Shown here: positions 23,901 to 36,849 of the stretch, piece by piece | Position numbering within the stretch: the first letter of the stretch is position 1 | How the letters are laid out: the number at the start of each line of letters is the position of its first letter | NCBI GenBank assembly: GCA_030264375.1 | Contig: JASCQW010000148.1 | Coordinates: 20,247,622-20,311,621 of the forward strand | DNA from: Carcharhinus longimanus | Taxonomy: Eukaryota | Direction: 5' to 3' | DNA: 64,000 bases | Notes under the pieces: generated by a model | Seen by the model: only the letters and a program-made list of their open reading frames with translations | Told to the model about the DNA's origin: nothing | The model's database searches: none | Program-made: the position numbers and the translations under genes

Positions 23901-26900
23901 CTTTGGGCATGTTTCAAATGTCTTTTGTTTAAAACTCCAACCTTTTAGAATGCTCATGCACTTTGTATTAATATGCAAATAGTACATGTTTGCCACTTGC
24001 TTGTTTTTTTTAAGAAGGGAAATTACATTGCAATAGCAGCAGCAAAAATGAATCAATAGAAAACACATTCTTGAAAAAAAGGGTTAACAGTGTATATTTT
24101 TCGAGAACTATATGTACAGCACCAATAAATAACATATTTTAAACATAGTTGTCATAAGTCAATTTTGTTATAAATATACTGTTTCAAAAGAGTACTTAAA
24201 ATAATAAATTATAAATAGGTAAGCAGATAATCAAATGCTTTTAAACTGCTACAGATATTCAAATAAATAAAAAGGACAAATGTAAGTGATCACCATTTGT
24301 TTTACATGAGCTCAGAAACAGATTAAATTATGTCATATATTGCCAAATTAATTTATTGTGGAGATCCAAGGAATTTATACTTGTCAAACTCATACATTTT
24401 TCAAGACATTTTTGTATTTGTTTTAAAGAAACCATTTACAATGTTGATTTGAGAGGTTGTGTTATTTGTCATGCACAACCAGTGATACCAGAGTTAACAA
24501 CTCAAGAAAATAGTTTTAAAAGATGAATGTCCTCTATGCTTCTCATATGGTTTATTGTTTACAAATATTTCTTAAAGCAGAAATGCTTGTTCTGGTTTAA
24601 TAGAGCCTCAAGTTACAACATTTCAAGGATATTGGGGTGGTTGTGATTAAATTTGAACTCCCAAAGATATTGTTTACATTGAATCTTTTTATTGAAGAGG
24701 TCAGGAGGGTTATTTGTTGTGCGTGTTCAACATAACACATCATATATCATAAATTGTGTTTGGAAATAATAAATCTTAAGTTTGATTACAATGCATCTCC
24801 TTATTGTGAGACTGAATATCTCTGTGATACATGTATAATCAGTAAAAGAGTACCTATTAGATGCCTCATNNNNNNNNNNTTACATCTTTATTCAAATAGA
24901 TATATTCAATACTGAAGAAAATGTCAGCATTTAATTTTGCACACATTTTCCAAATACAGTTGTATTAAACTATTCCCAAATTATTATAAACACTTACATT
25001 GATATTCATGTTTATTTAAAATTTAATTTTGTGGGAGACCAACATAGGGAGGCGAGATCAGTCTCTTCCTAACATAGCAGGAAAGGCACAGTGGATTAAT
25101 GTTGTGTAAGAAGTGTACTAAAAATATTAGCAGTAGTTATGCAATGAGATTCTGTTAGCGAGTGGTCCTGTGCAAAGCTCTCACATCTCTATTATGTGCT
25201 TGGTTTAAAAAAAGACTTCAAACATATTTTGACAAATAGTCAATTTTTAAACAGAATTGGAAAGGCAGCTGCACAGAAATTTCTGACCAGGCTTTGCATT
25301 CTCTGAGGGAAATAATTTAACTATAATTTGTGAATGAACTACCACTGAGTTACATTGACAATGAGAATGCTGCACTTAATGTACTGTAGTAACTGAATTG
25401 ATTAACATTTCAGTGTTCACTGGGATAAAAGATTTTTGGTTTCCCAGTTGCACCTACATCAGTGTCCCTTGTTTATCCTGTTTTTAAAATTACATCAATA
25501 ACAGGATTTTCAATAAATAAATGTATGTTTATTTAAAAGTAAATGCTAATTGTTACATTTCATGAAATTAGTTTGCTAAAAGTTTTGTTTTAAAATATAT
25601 ACAGATATTATATAAATACAGCATTACTATGTTATCCTACTCAGAGCTGTGAACCAATTGTTGTGTAATGCACATTTCCCTTTTCAAAAGACTTGTTGTG
25701 TGAAGAGCTTTGACGTTTGACTGAAATGTGATTATTTTTATTTCCATTACCTTTTCTGATATACAGGAAAGTTTGAAATGTGGAGGAGTCCCTGCTTACA
25801 TGTGTAGTCATTGTTTTTTCAATCACCCTCTATTACCAACATGTATTAAGTGAATGATTTTGCAAAAAGATTAACTAAAATTATTAGCAAATATTCTGAT
25901 AAATCCCTTAATCTGTTTGAAGGAGCAGTTTATATTTTTCTCAAGGACATTTGAAAACATTTTATATTAAGCTGTCCCTTCTCTTCTAATGATGCACCTA
26001 GAGTAATTACTGATCACGTTCATATTATCAAACATGGGTTCAAAGTTACCTGGTTGAAGATTATGTCCAATATTCTGGCTCTTCTTACTTCTTTCAAAAA
26101 TACCTAAAATAAATAGTAACTTTTACTTTTTTACGTAAAAGATCGTGTATTAGGGATGAGAACAACAACAGCTGTTGGAATGTTGCAGTGGCGACATTCA
26201 TGTTTCTGTGCTGATGAACTAACTCAACGCTTGTAATTCTGGGGGACAGAGAAGGGAGACAAAGGCAAACAGAAGAGGAGAGGCCACTGAGACAGATCCA
26301 GAAGTGAAATAAAAACAGCATCCAGACACTTCAGGAACAAAGCCAAAAGATAAAGCAGGACAAAGCTCAGAATATTACAGAGTCAGCAAAATAAAAAAAA
26401 TGTAAATAAAGACACAATAGATGAGCTGAAAGAAAGTCAAACATAAAGAGAAATAAAACAAAGCAAAGAAAATAAAAGTAATGGAAAAATAGATAAAGAA
26501 TTAAAAGGCAGAAGCAACAAAAGAACATTTAAAAAATTTTAAAAACAGTGATAGCAAAAAATATTGTAAGCAAAGGGAGAAATAAAAGAATGAATGTCAG
26601 GAAGAAAGGAGATTCATGAGAAGAAAGAAGCACAAGAGGGAGAAGAAATTAAAAAGTATCACCACAGAAAGGGATAAGTTACATGACAGCCACAGACTTG
26701 TTAAATATTTCATGAATTTTATAATGTATTTGCCTTATTAGCCTCTGATCAATCGTAGGACACAGCAGACAGCATTAACAGACACAGCATTTAATGGATA
26801 ATAGATAACAACCTTACAATTCTGCTGACTTTAAAAAACTTTGGTCGTTTTCATGAACTAGCATTGAAAGTTGAAAATCTTTGAAATTCTTGACAAAAAA

Positions 26901-27563
26901 AATTGTGTTTGCTAGATTTCAAGATAAATGCCAAGCACAACTGAAAGTATAAAACAGAAATTATAATCTTATACTTAAATTGTAGTATCTACTGACTGTG
27001 ACCAATCCTGGGGATTAGCTGCACATTCAGGATCAGTGGTATTCTTTTAGCAATATCAAAAGACATCATTTGTATGATGTTGTAAATGTCATTACAAATC
27101 ATTGGCGATGTCAAAAGCAGGACTCAGAGGTCAAACCACCCTCAAAGAGCTAACCACTTCTTCTTTTAAGAAAATTCCAAGGAAAGAAAGCCATTTTAAA
27201 ACTTAATTTAAATGTTCACATGTGAAATCAAGATAATTAGATTAGAAACTAGTCCTGTTCCTCCCATCCACTATTCTCCATCAATCCACAGCCCTTACTT
27301 CAATATGCAATTGGTCCTTGTGTTTTTTTTTAAATTTCCTAATCATTCTTGAACTCAGACTTTAAAAATCAGGAAATAAAACGGTATCAGTAAAAGTGGC
27401 GGTGAAGCTGTCGAATTGTCATAAAAATCCAACCAGTTTACATGTGCGTTAGGGAAGAAAACTGCTGTTCTTATGGAGTATGGATCACGTGAGGTTTGAT
27501 CCACATCAATCTCGTTGACTCCCAATTACCTTCTAAAACGGGCTAGCAAGACATTCAGCAGTA

Positions 27564-27667
27564 TCAAAATGAAAGGCCTATTCCAAATTTGTCAGAGCAA
27601 CTAGTGACAGGCAATGTTCAAAATGAAAGGCATATTCCCACTTTCTCAGAGCAACTAGTGACAGGCA
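27564..27667 (+). repeat. 54-bp tandem duplication within a SINE tail
   Basis: tcaaaatgaaaggc(c/a)tattcc...tcagagcaactagtgacaggca at 27564 and 27618. Confidence 0.85.
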
Positions 27668-27799
27668 GTTAATGTTGGCCTTGCCACATCCCAAGAACCA
27701 ACCTAGTGTGATTTTCTTTTAATGCAGTGCTTGACTGTGGGCCATTGGAGAATAAAATGCATAACTACTTACTCAACTGTAGCAAGGAATAAGTGTCAG

Positions 27800-28250
27800 G
27801 AACAATGACAATAATGTCAGTGACCACGTAACGCAAGGTACAAGAAGTCAGGAACTAAATACTATTTGAGGTTGCTAAATTTCTAAGAATTTGAAGTTCA
27901 GCTCAGACACTGAGCGCTCAATCAGGGTCAGCTGGCAGGCGGTCGCGAGCTGCACGCTGATTGGCCCCTAAATGTATCAGTGAGCGCGGTTGGGGAGAGA
28001 CCTAGCACCTGGTTAGTGCACGGAGCTGTCAGTCATGGCGGCAACCATCCAGTCAGGGCGAGGAGGGGGCGAGGAGTGGACAGGGACCCGCCCACTCTTC
28101 ACCTCTTACCTGTGGGCGCTTGAAGGCAACCTGGGCAAGTTTCAGCGGCGGCATCAGCCCAAGGTCCGATCTCAGGCACATTGTGGACCGGGTGGGGTGG
28201 GGGTGGTGCTCTCTTCAGTCAGCCTGAAGTTCTCAGTAAGGTGGATTGGT
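27800..28250. promoter_or_regulatory. Candidate core promoter (SOX-like sites, inverted CCAAT boxes, GC box)
   Basis: AACAAT 27801-06 and ACAAT 27808-12; ATTGG 27960-64 and 28245-49; CCCGCCC 28087-93; palindrome TGAGCGCTCA 27911-20. Confidence 0.4.
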
Positions 28251-31223
28251 CACTATGTAGAGGGATCAGGTAGCCGAACATTTTGGGGTAAATTAGATCT
28301 AGGCGCGACTTCTCCTTTCCAATGCCGTCAGTGAGAAATCTATCCTTCAAGTGAAAAAATATTATCTCCTAACTGCAGACACAGTTTAAACCAAGTCAGT
28401 CTCCCGGATATGTTTTAGTTTCTTACCAGAGATTTAAAGTTACTGTGAGGGACTGAAGGAAGTAGCCTGAATAAGTCCTTCTGAAACATCACATTTAATA
28501 TTTAATCTCTTGTGCACAATGACCCCAATTAGCCGCCAGGTTTCCCTATTTCCTTGTCTTTGAAAATCCAAATAGGGTTTCAAGTGAATTCTTATCTTGA
28601 AAAGGGCGCTTCTTACTTCAGAATGAACCATCCTTCCACATTTAATTCTCTGGAATAACAATACTGCTTAAAATGTAATGGTTTAAACGATGGCTGGTGT
28701 CGGTGCAGTTATACATGTGTCTCGCTGCGGTGGCTGCCTGATGCACGGGGACATTTTTGACAGGTTGTAAATCGACGCGATCCTGGTCTGAGAAATGCCA
28801 TTGAACTGTTCCAAGCGAGCACAGAAACTGCTGGTTAGCGAAGTTTTCTATGCGGATTTGTGTAGCTGATCTTGGCTTTAACAAAGTGGCTTTTTTGAAT
28901 TCAGACAGATATTTATTCACGGCTTGGTGTTGACTTCAGACAGTATAGTGTTGTATGCGGATTTCTGAATTAAACAGGTGTCTCTGAAACCGAACATAAA
29001 AGGCGTCACCTTTACTTCTCCTGTGAATTGCTCGGGATTTCGCGGGGCGAAATTAAATTTTGACATAGTTTTCGAAAAAATACCCCACAATAATGTGGGG
29101 TTCACTCATGGTATTTGTTAACTTTCTGTGTAGAATTGCCCTGCAATTTTAAAATACACAGAAGGATTTTGAGTTAATGAAATACCATCAGATTAATTTC
29201 GGGACAATTTGTTTCATCAATNNNNNNNNNNTTGATATTTACAAAACGTTGCATTGACCCAAATGATTATTTTAGTTATTGATTTACTGAGCAGCGCTTC
29301 GGTGCAACGGAGCACAGTCAACTTATTTTGCTTTAGCTTTCGGATCCATTTCCATCCTCGCGTTTTAATATATTGCAATAAATTCCAGGTGTAACCTGCT
29401 ATTTGCCCTCGACTTATATTTTGGCCTGATTTTTCTGATCTAATCTATTTGACGCTATTGCCTCTCGCTTCGTTCTAATCACCTTTCTTTTACTATGCTG
29501 CAGTAATTCCTATTAATAAACAGGACTGTTGCCCGTTACACCATCAAACTGTAACCCACTCACTCATATTACATCCCAATTTTTCCGTCTTTTCATCCAA
29601 GGCAACGAGAAAAGGGAGTGGGGGGGGGGGGGCTATCTTTCACTTTGTTTTCAGCTACATGACTTCCACATGTAAATTTATAATAAACGTAATATTCAAA
29701 ATAAACTTCCGTTTCAATTTCTTTCCACTCTATCGATGAATAAGTTAATTCGGCGAAAGGTTGTACTTGTCTTGGTAAATCGTCTTGAATAAATCGGTCT
29801 CGGGTCTTGGGTAAATCGTCCAGCTGCAGCATCTTTCGTTTCTAAAGATACATGTTGATCCCAAAGCATAGTACTGACTGAAGTTCACCCATGACTGTGT
29901 TAAAATCACCCCGTTCAAAAAAAAGACAAATTCGAAAACAATAAATTAGATACTCTGTCCAAAATGTTGCAGGAGTGCAATAATTAAGCATTAATATTTA
30001 GGAAGAGAATTGACCTTACAATTCTTAGCATGTTCAAAGACTAAAGTAATGGGAGTATCCGCGACCTTATTTTATCCGTACTATTAATAATCGGAGCGAA
30101 ATGATTTAGAACCAAACCGCTATAATTTTCGGGAACACCAGGATAAATATTAAACGAGTATCATTCCAACACTGAATTTAGGTTGTTCCTTAAATATATG
30201 GTATTAGGCCAGGTATTAATCCTGACACTGATTGTAGTCAATAATATGAGCCCAGGCTCAGACTTACTGCCGTACATTTTCAATGGGCTCATCATAAGAA
30301 TAGGTACATGGCGCTCAATGCCTCTTGTAAGACCCGCGAGTTCCAATATTAATTACAGGAGAAACACGGCTCATTAACCGAATATTGTCCGACACGGGCG
30401 ATTACTTTTCTTGATAATTGGAGGAAGGATATAATTCAACTTTTTTCTTTCCAAAAGAGTAATTAACAAGTAAGAATAAACCAAATCACCTCAGTTTCCA
30501 AAAAAAAAACAATTTGGAGGAGGTCTTAGCGTGTTTGCTTCTTGCTATATTCTGAATTTCGGGTTCTTCCGCGTAGTTTGTCTTTTTTTTGGCGTTTGTC
30601 CTTCCTGATCAATTCCAGCCTGTATTTTAGTGTGAGTTTTTCAGAGCCTCAACTCCCTTTTTCATCCAATGCATGGTCTCCTCCTCCGTCCCAGGATAAG
30701 CAGAACATCAACATTTTTCAGGTTTTAGCATCTATTATTGTTAGTTGCTTCGTTGCTGGACTGGACGGAGTTTGTATTAACGATTTTACTGAGTCGTTAT
30801 TGATTTAATTAATGTATATCGCATTAAGAATGTGTTGAATGCAATGCCATCCTATAGGCATCTATCTATTAATAGTTTGTGGAAAGCTAAAGGAGAACGC
30901 GATTCTATCACAATATCTGTTGATGTTAAAAACAGCTTTTACAAACTATGTTGTGGAACGCGCTGATTTTTTTAATTTAAAATATTAAATTAAGTGCTCA
31001 TTTGCTTAATGATTAAGATATTTGAATTTCACTTTGTGTTATCCCTTTATAAATGTGAGATGGAGAGTACTCCTGAGGAAACGTACACAACGACCGCCCC
31101 CCCCCCCCCAACCCCCACCCCCAATAATCATTTGTTATCGATGCTTCAATAGGAGCATTTCTCGGTTACGTCTGTGGGCTGGTCAACGTNNNNNNNNNNN
31201 NNNNNNNNNNNNNNNNNNTATAA

Positions 31224-31514
<291 letters not shown>

Positions 31515-31897
31515 TAAAGCGGGCGCACTGTTGGAATTCGGAAGGTACTTTCAATCGCGACTTTGGGTTATTTCACAAACTCTTAATCAAGTTATATCAT
31601 CATTTCAGATCGCATTAAGCTAAACTGACCCAGCAAACGGCTGGAGGAATGAGGGAAACCCTATTAATAACGTTAATCTTTAAACAATGTGCAATAAATA
31701 ATAGATTGTGCGATAAATTAATAAAACGATAAACAAAGGTGCAAAGAGATACCAAGAGAGTTGTTATTGGCGCGGATTTCTTGGTGGGGAATGCCTGGGC
31801 AGAAATATAGATGATCGATTTGCGTTCCACTTTGCTGCATGCGGTATGGGATTCATTTCTCTCTGCGTTAAATAACTTTCAAACTTCTCTGCCTTAG

Positions 31898-32039
31898 GGA
31901 TTTTTCAAGAGGACCGTTCAGAATAGCAAGCGCTACACTTGCACCGAGAATCAGAACTGCAAAATAGACAAAACACAAAGGAAGAGATGTCCATATTGCC
32001 GTTTTCAGAAATGTTTGACAGTGGGGATGAGGTTAGAAG
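31898..32039 (+). CDS. nr5a1: NR5A1-like zinc finger 2 exon (not in ORF track)
   Basis: Acceptor ctctgccttAG, donor AAG|GTAAGA, 142 bp, phase 0 to 1. Encodes [52 protein letters not shown] and CLTVGMRLE are NR5A1-type (NR5A2 has CQIDK, CLSVGMKLE). Confidence 0.95.
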
Positions 32040-32051
32040 GTAAGATATACA

Positions 32052-32200
32052 ATCATAGAATCCCTATAGTGCAAAAGGAGACCATTTGGCCCATCACCGA
32101 CTACAATTCCACCCGGGCCCTATCCCCTTAACCCCATCTATTTACCCTGCTAATCTCCCTAATACTGAGGGACAATTTAGCATGGCCAATTAACCTAAGG
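32052..32200 (-). mobile_element. 5'-truncated HE1 SINE 12 bp downstream of the zinc finger 2 donor
   Basis: atcatagaatccctatagtgca...gccctatccc...caatttagcatggccaat. Confidence 0.8.
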
Positions 32201-34301
32201 TGTGCATTTTTTAAAAATGTTGTTTGAAATGATTTAATTTAAATATCTGAATGAGGTTCTTCACCACTGAATAATGTTTGGCTACGCATTTGAAAGCAGG
32301 TTTAAGTTAAGGTGACAGTTATGTACAGGAATTTGCCAGCGACGCTCACATCAGATGAAAGATTTTTTTTGGCAATCATATATTGGAAGGTGCATCAAAT
32401 AGAGAGTAGATTTTTTAAACTTAAAACGCCTTTAATGAGATAAGATTCGATCGCATTAATGTTAGCCGAAATATTATGTGGCATAAATATATTCAAATAC
32501 AGATGATATCAACCAGATTTCTCCTTAATACTCACTAATCGGAGGCTCGAGTTTTCCCGCGGATTGATCGATTTTAATGAGTTGGAGATCTGAAAGAATT
32601 TGTTCCCGAGTACATTAATGGATTGGTGTGTTCTATTAGCGAGGCTGATTGCGAATATTTACAATGGAACCTTCTGACCTAATCTAGTAGGCCTTTCGGA
32701 GAGTATGAATGGAAATGATGAGTAAGGTGTCGCAGATGTTCAATGTAGGCGTCCAGAGATAGACTTCAGTATTTTTATATTGTGTTGTAAAATGGAAATT
32801 TTATATGAACCAGAAATGCACACCGTGCTGGGTTTGTTCAATCGAGCTGCGTTAGGATCAATGTTTGATTCACTTGTGTACTTTCCAGGAAGTTCCTCTT
32901 CAAAATGTGTTATTGTTTGCATGCAGTTTGTTGGGGGTGGAGGGGAAGGTGGTGCGGAGTGTTTTCATTATTACAAGAGAAAATGCGGGATTGTGTGGAT
33001 GGACAGTGAGATGAATAAATTGGCAGTAATGTCCAGGTCATCAGAAAAAGATTGAATCTAGACATTTTCTGACATGTATTTTAAGAATTCCATGATTGAA
33101 ATTCAAATGCAAATGAAGTAGCTCCTAGAAAAAACAACTAGGAGATTTCCTAAAAAATTAAACTTAAATGCGGCAATGAAAATAACAACACTAAGAGAAA
33201 ATTGAATTTTGTCCTTTATTATAACATAAATCACTCAATGGCGAAAGTATTGAACTTGTTATATCACATTTCATTTTAAAAACAAGCAGTTTAATGTTTA
33301 TGACACTATAGTATAGAAAAGTCAAAAAAACTATCCTCTATGTAAGAGTGTTAATATTCCACGTTGACTGGTGACTGTGTCTGAAACACAGACACATAGG
33401 TCATATTTGGGACCATTTTATAAGCAGTGAAATTACATGTCAGATGTTACTCTTAAGATATTGATGGGAGTATGAAGTCTTTAGCTATGAATAAGGCAGG
33501 GTGTTTAACAATGTACCTGCGCAAGATTGTATGGATAATATGACTATGATTTCCTTAAATTTTTATTTGGTAGATAATGCTCTCCTTTGATATTCTACAT
33601 TTCTTTGTAGGAAAACATAGCAATGTATCTAGATCACTTAATTTCTCTACTTTGGGTTCAATTTTAGCACTGTGTTATTGCTTGGATCACAAAAGCAACA
33701 CATCAATTTTAGCAATGATTAAAGAAAAGCAGCTAACTTGTTAATCTGAGTGAGTCGAGAATTTCAAGTAATTCTAGATGCATTTAATTTGTTATGCAAA
33801 GTGGCCACAGTAAGAGTCAACAAACTGAGGGACACAGATTGATACTAATGTTTTAATGAAATTAACAGCAAGGAGAGGAATCATGCTCCTTGAAATGACA
33901 TTAAGATTTTGCATAAATAATTGTAGAAAGTTCAAATGTAGGGTATATTATAAAGAATTGAGAAAATGCAACCCTGATTAAACTTGCAAAGAGCTGGCGT
34001 GATGTTGTAGGCAGTAGAGAACTTTCCCCTAGTGCAGAAAATCATGGAATTGATGCAATGTGGAGGTGCAGTTGAAATGATCCACTGAGAAACTCATTTT
34101 GCCTCACTGAATTGGACTTTCTCTCAATCCTTTATCAAGTTGCATCAATAGTGGCTATTGATTTGCCTGAATTGACAGTGTTCCTTCTTGCAGGCAGGAG
34201 GACTAAGTATGGTGACGGGAAGCCTCTGAATAGGAGAAAGTGGAAGGTGATAGGGCTATAAAAAACAGTATTAAAAAGCAATTCTGACTATATATTGTAA
34301 A

Positions 34302-34672
34302 CATGATGTGGGTATGCCGGCGTTGGACTGGCGTAAACACAGTAAAAAGTCTTACAACACCAGGTTTTAGTCCAACCGATTTATTTGATAATAGACTCAC
34401 AAGCTTTCGGCGTTAGCCCCTTCGTCAGGTGAATGGAGAGTTCTGGCCTCAGACAGAGCATATAAAGCACAGACAGTTTAGAGATTACNNNNNNNNNNNN
34501 NNNNNNNNNNNNNNNNNNNNNNNNNNNNNNNNNNNNNNNNNNNNNNNNNNNNNNNNNNNNNNNNNNNNNNNNNNNNNNNNNNNNNNNNTGACGAAGGGGC
34601 TAACCCCGAAAGCTTGTGAGTCTATTATCAAATAAATTGGTTGGACTAAAACCTGGTGTTGTCAGGCTTTTT
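34302..34672. mobile_element. Young Penelope-like insertion with inverted terminal repeats, interior in an assembly gap
   Basis: About 85-bp inverted repeats (34341-34427 vs 34589-34675) and a perfect 15-bp flanking duplication actatatattgtaaa (34287-34301 and 34673-34687). Confidence 0.85.
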
Positions 34673-35629
34673 ACTATATATTGTAAATGCAGACTTGCAT
34701 TTAAATTTGCGCACTTTATTGTAAATTAGTCTCACTTCCCCCTTTTACAAAGACAAAAATGTTATTAAATGATACATAAGTACAAAACATTGTCAGGCAT
34801 GCTTAGAAGGACATTTAATACATCCATTAACATAAACTGGGATATTTCAGTTATTTTTGGCCCTGGGAAGTACTGAACAGAACCTTTGGAATTAGTGAAA
34901 GGAAAACATCATTCATTTCAGCCAGGGATTCAAGGAGGCATCTGTGACCTAATGGCATGAAACATTCTGACTTTGCTTTGTGTTTTATGACATTGGATAG
35001 CATATCTTTCTTCAGTCACATATAAGTTGTTGAATTGCTGCAATTAACCTAATCAAACTTTTTAGCTCTTTACCAGCACCAGATTTCATTGTAATTAACA
35101 AACAATGTATTTTGTTGAACTAATGTCACAGCAAGAGAAAGAAAAAGGATTCAGTTTTAAGGCAAGTATTTTTGCTCTAAATAATCAATATCTTGCTGAT
35201 ATTGATAATGTTTTACTTTCAATCTCCAACTTCAATACAAATGAAAATCACAGGGTTTATCTTGATGGTTCTGTAAGCATTTCTGTTGAAGTCAGTGGTG
35301 AAAAGAGCAATGGACCTGTTGATGCGTTGCAGTTTAGGAGACTGACATAGAGAGTGTGATTAAGTGTAAGTTGGGGTGAGATAGAGGCATGGGTAGGTGC
35401 TATTATAGAACTGGGATTAGGTGACTTTGGTGATGGAGCTGTTTGCTAGGTTTGAATCACCTGTTCAGGATAGAATAGGACAGTTTTACAATATTCAATT
35501 TCACCTGAAGAAGATGAATTGGGGCTATGGTGGGAAATTTCTGACAGGAACTGAACAGGATCCATAGGGTAAAAACTTGACAATTCATCACCAATTAGAC
35601 AAATAGATGTTTGCTGGTACAGAATTTGC

Positions 35630-36110
35630 GTATTGCTGAAGGAAGACACATGTTTTGTTGAAGCTTTTCATTTTGCACTCATCAGGACAATTCACAAGAA
35701 TACAAATCCAAGGGTGACAACAAATTTATACTGTATGAGATAAGACCGCTGATTGGTTGGCAAGTGCACTCTGATTGGTGGATGTCTTGCCCTGGATAAC
35801 GCACCAGTAAATAGTGACTGACAGATAATTTAAACCAGGCAGCTTGACTCTGGTCAAAGCACTGCTCTGAGGAATGAACTTGCAAATGGTTGTCACTTAA
35901 ATGGGTGCAATGTGTGTTCTTTGTCTGCAAAGAACAGACAAATGCATCACACTGAGAGCTGGACTGATGATCTTAAATTGGTTATCAGTGTAATTCTTAG
36001 CATACTGAGGATTGTTTGGCAAATGTTGTCCAATCACAGAATCAAATCTAATGTTGGGTGTTGTATTTTGAGTTTTGCAAGCATGGGCTGGTTGAGTACA
36101 GTCTGAACCT
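35630..36110 (-). mobile_element. Penelope-like 3' fragment
   Basis: Reverse complement encodes DSVIGQHLPNNPQYAKNYTDNQFKIIS...VLCRQ, followed by terminal ctgatgagtgcaaaatgaaaagctt. Confidence 0.75.
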
Positions 36111-36849
36111 TGCCTGTTGTGAACAATCTACCAATTTTTGGGATGTAATGCCTACATACCTAGCACCGCACTCACACTGAAATTGATATACCACATTCCC
36201 CATTTGTATGATAAGAACATAAGAAATAGGAGCAGGAGTAGGCCATCTAGCCCTTCAAGCCTGCCCCGCCATTCAATAAGATCATNNNNNNNNNNNNNNN
36301 NNNNNNNNNNNNNNNNNNNNNNNNNNNNNNNNNNNNNNNNNNNNNNNNNNNNNNNNNNNNNNNNNNNNNNNNNNNNNNNNNNNNNTGTCGAGCACCGCCT
36401 CTCTAGTAACAGTAATGTCATTGAGACCCTCCAGTCCTACCACCTTTCCATCTCTAACACCCTAACACTCTAACATAAGCAGAATGTTTCTATGGCTTGA
36501 CAGCACCATCCTGTTAGTGTGAATACCATTCAAGTGGCATGAAACAACTAGCTTCATCTGTTGCTCAGGTCTTTGAAATACCTTGTCTTTGCAGGATAAT
36601 CTGAGGTAGACTGGGCACTTTTCAGCACCAATGAATTAAACAATGAAAAGCTTCAACAACAAAAAGTCCTTTTTTTCAGCATTACTATTTAGACATTGTC
36701 ACCAAAAGGGTTCCTGAGTTTGACTGCACTACAAATTGGCTAAATTCACATTAATGATGCAGGGGTGCCTTTCTCAGATCATCACTATGGTTGGATGGTA
36801 TGGTGGAAATGTATCCCCTGCAAAAGGATCATATAGAGGGAAATCTATT

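Noticed and set aside
26240-26680. Purine-rich tract and similar pyrimidine-rich tracts (1090-1310, 62200-62600) giving hydrophobic ORFs
   Set aside because: Low-complexity sequence; the ORFs are compositional artefacts.
27486-27491. CACGTG E-box as the homolog of the mammalian SF-1 promoter E-box
   Set aside because: It lies inside a SINE remnant (about 27370-27700), away from the CpG core.
1-31000. NR6A1 terminal exons or miR-181 hairpins expected from tetrapod synteny
   Set aside because: Looked for by eye and not found, so not reported as features.
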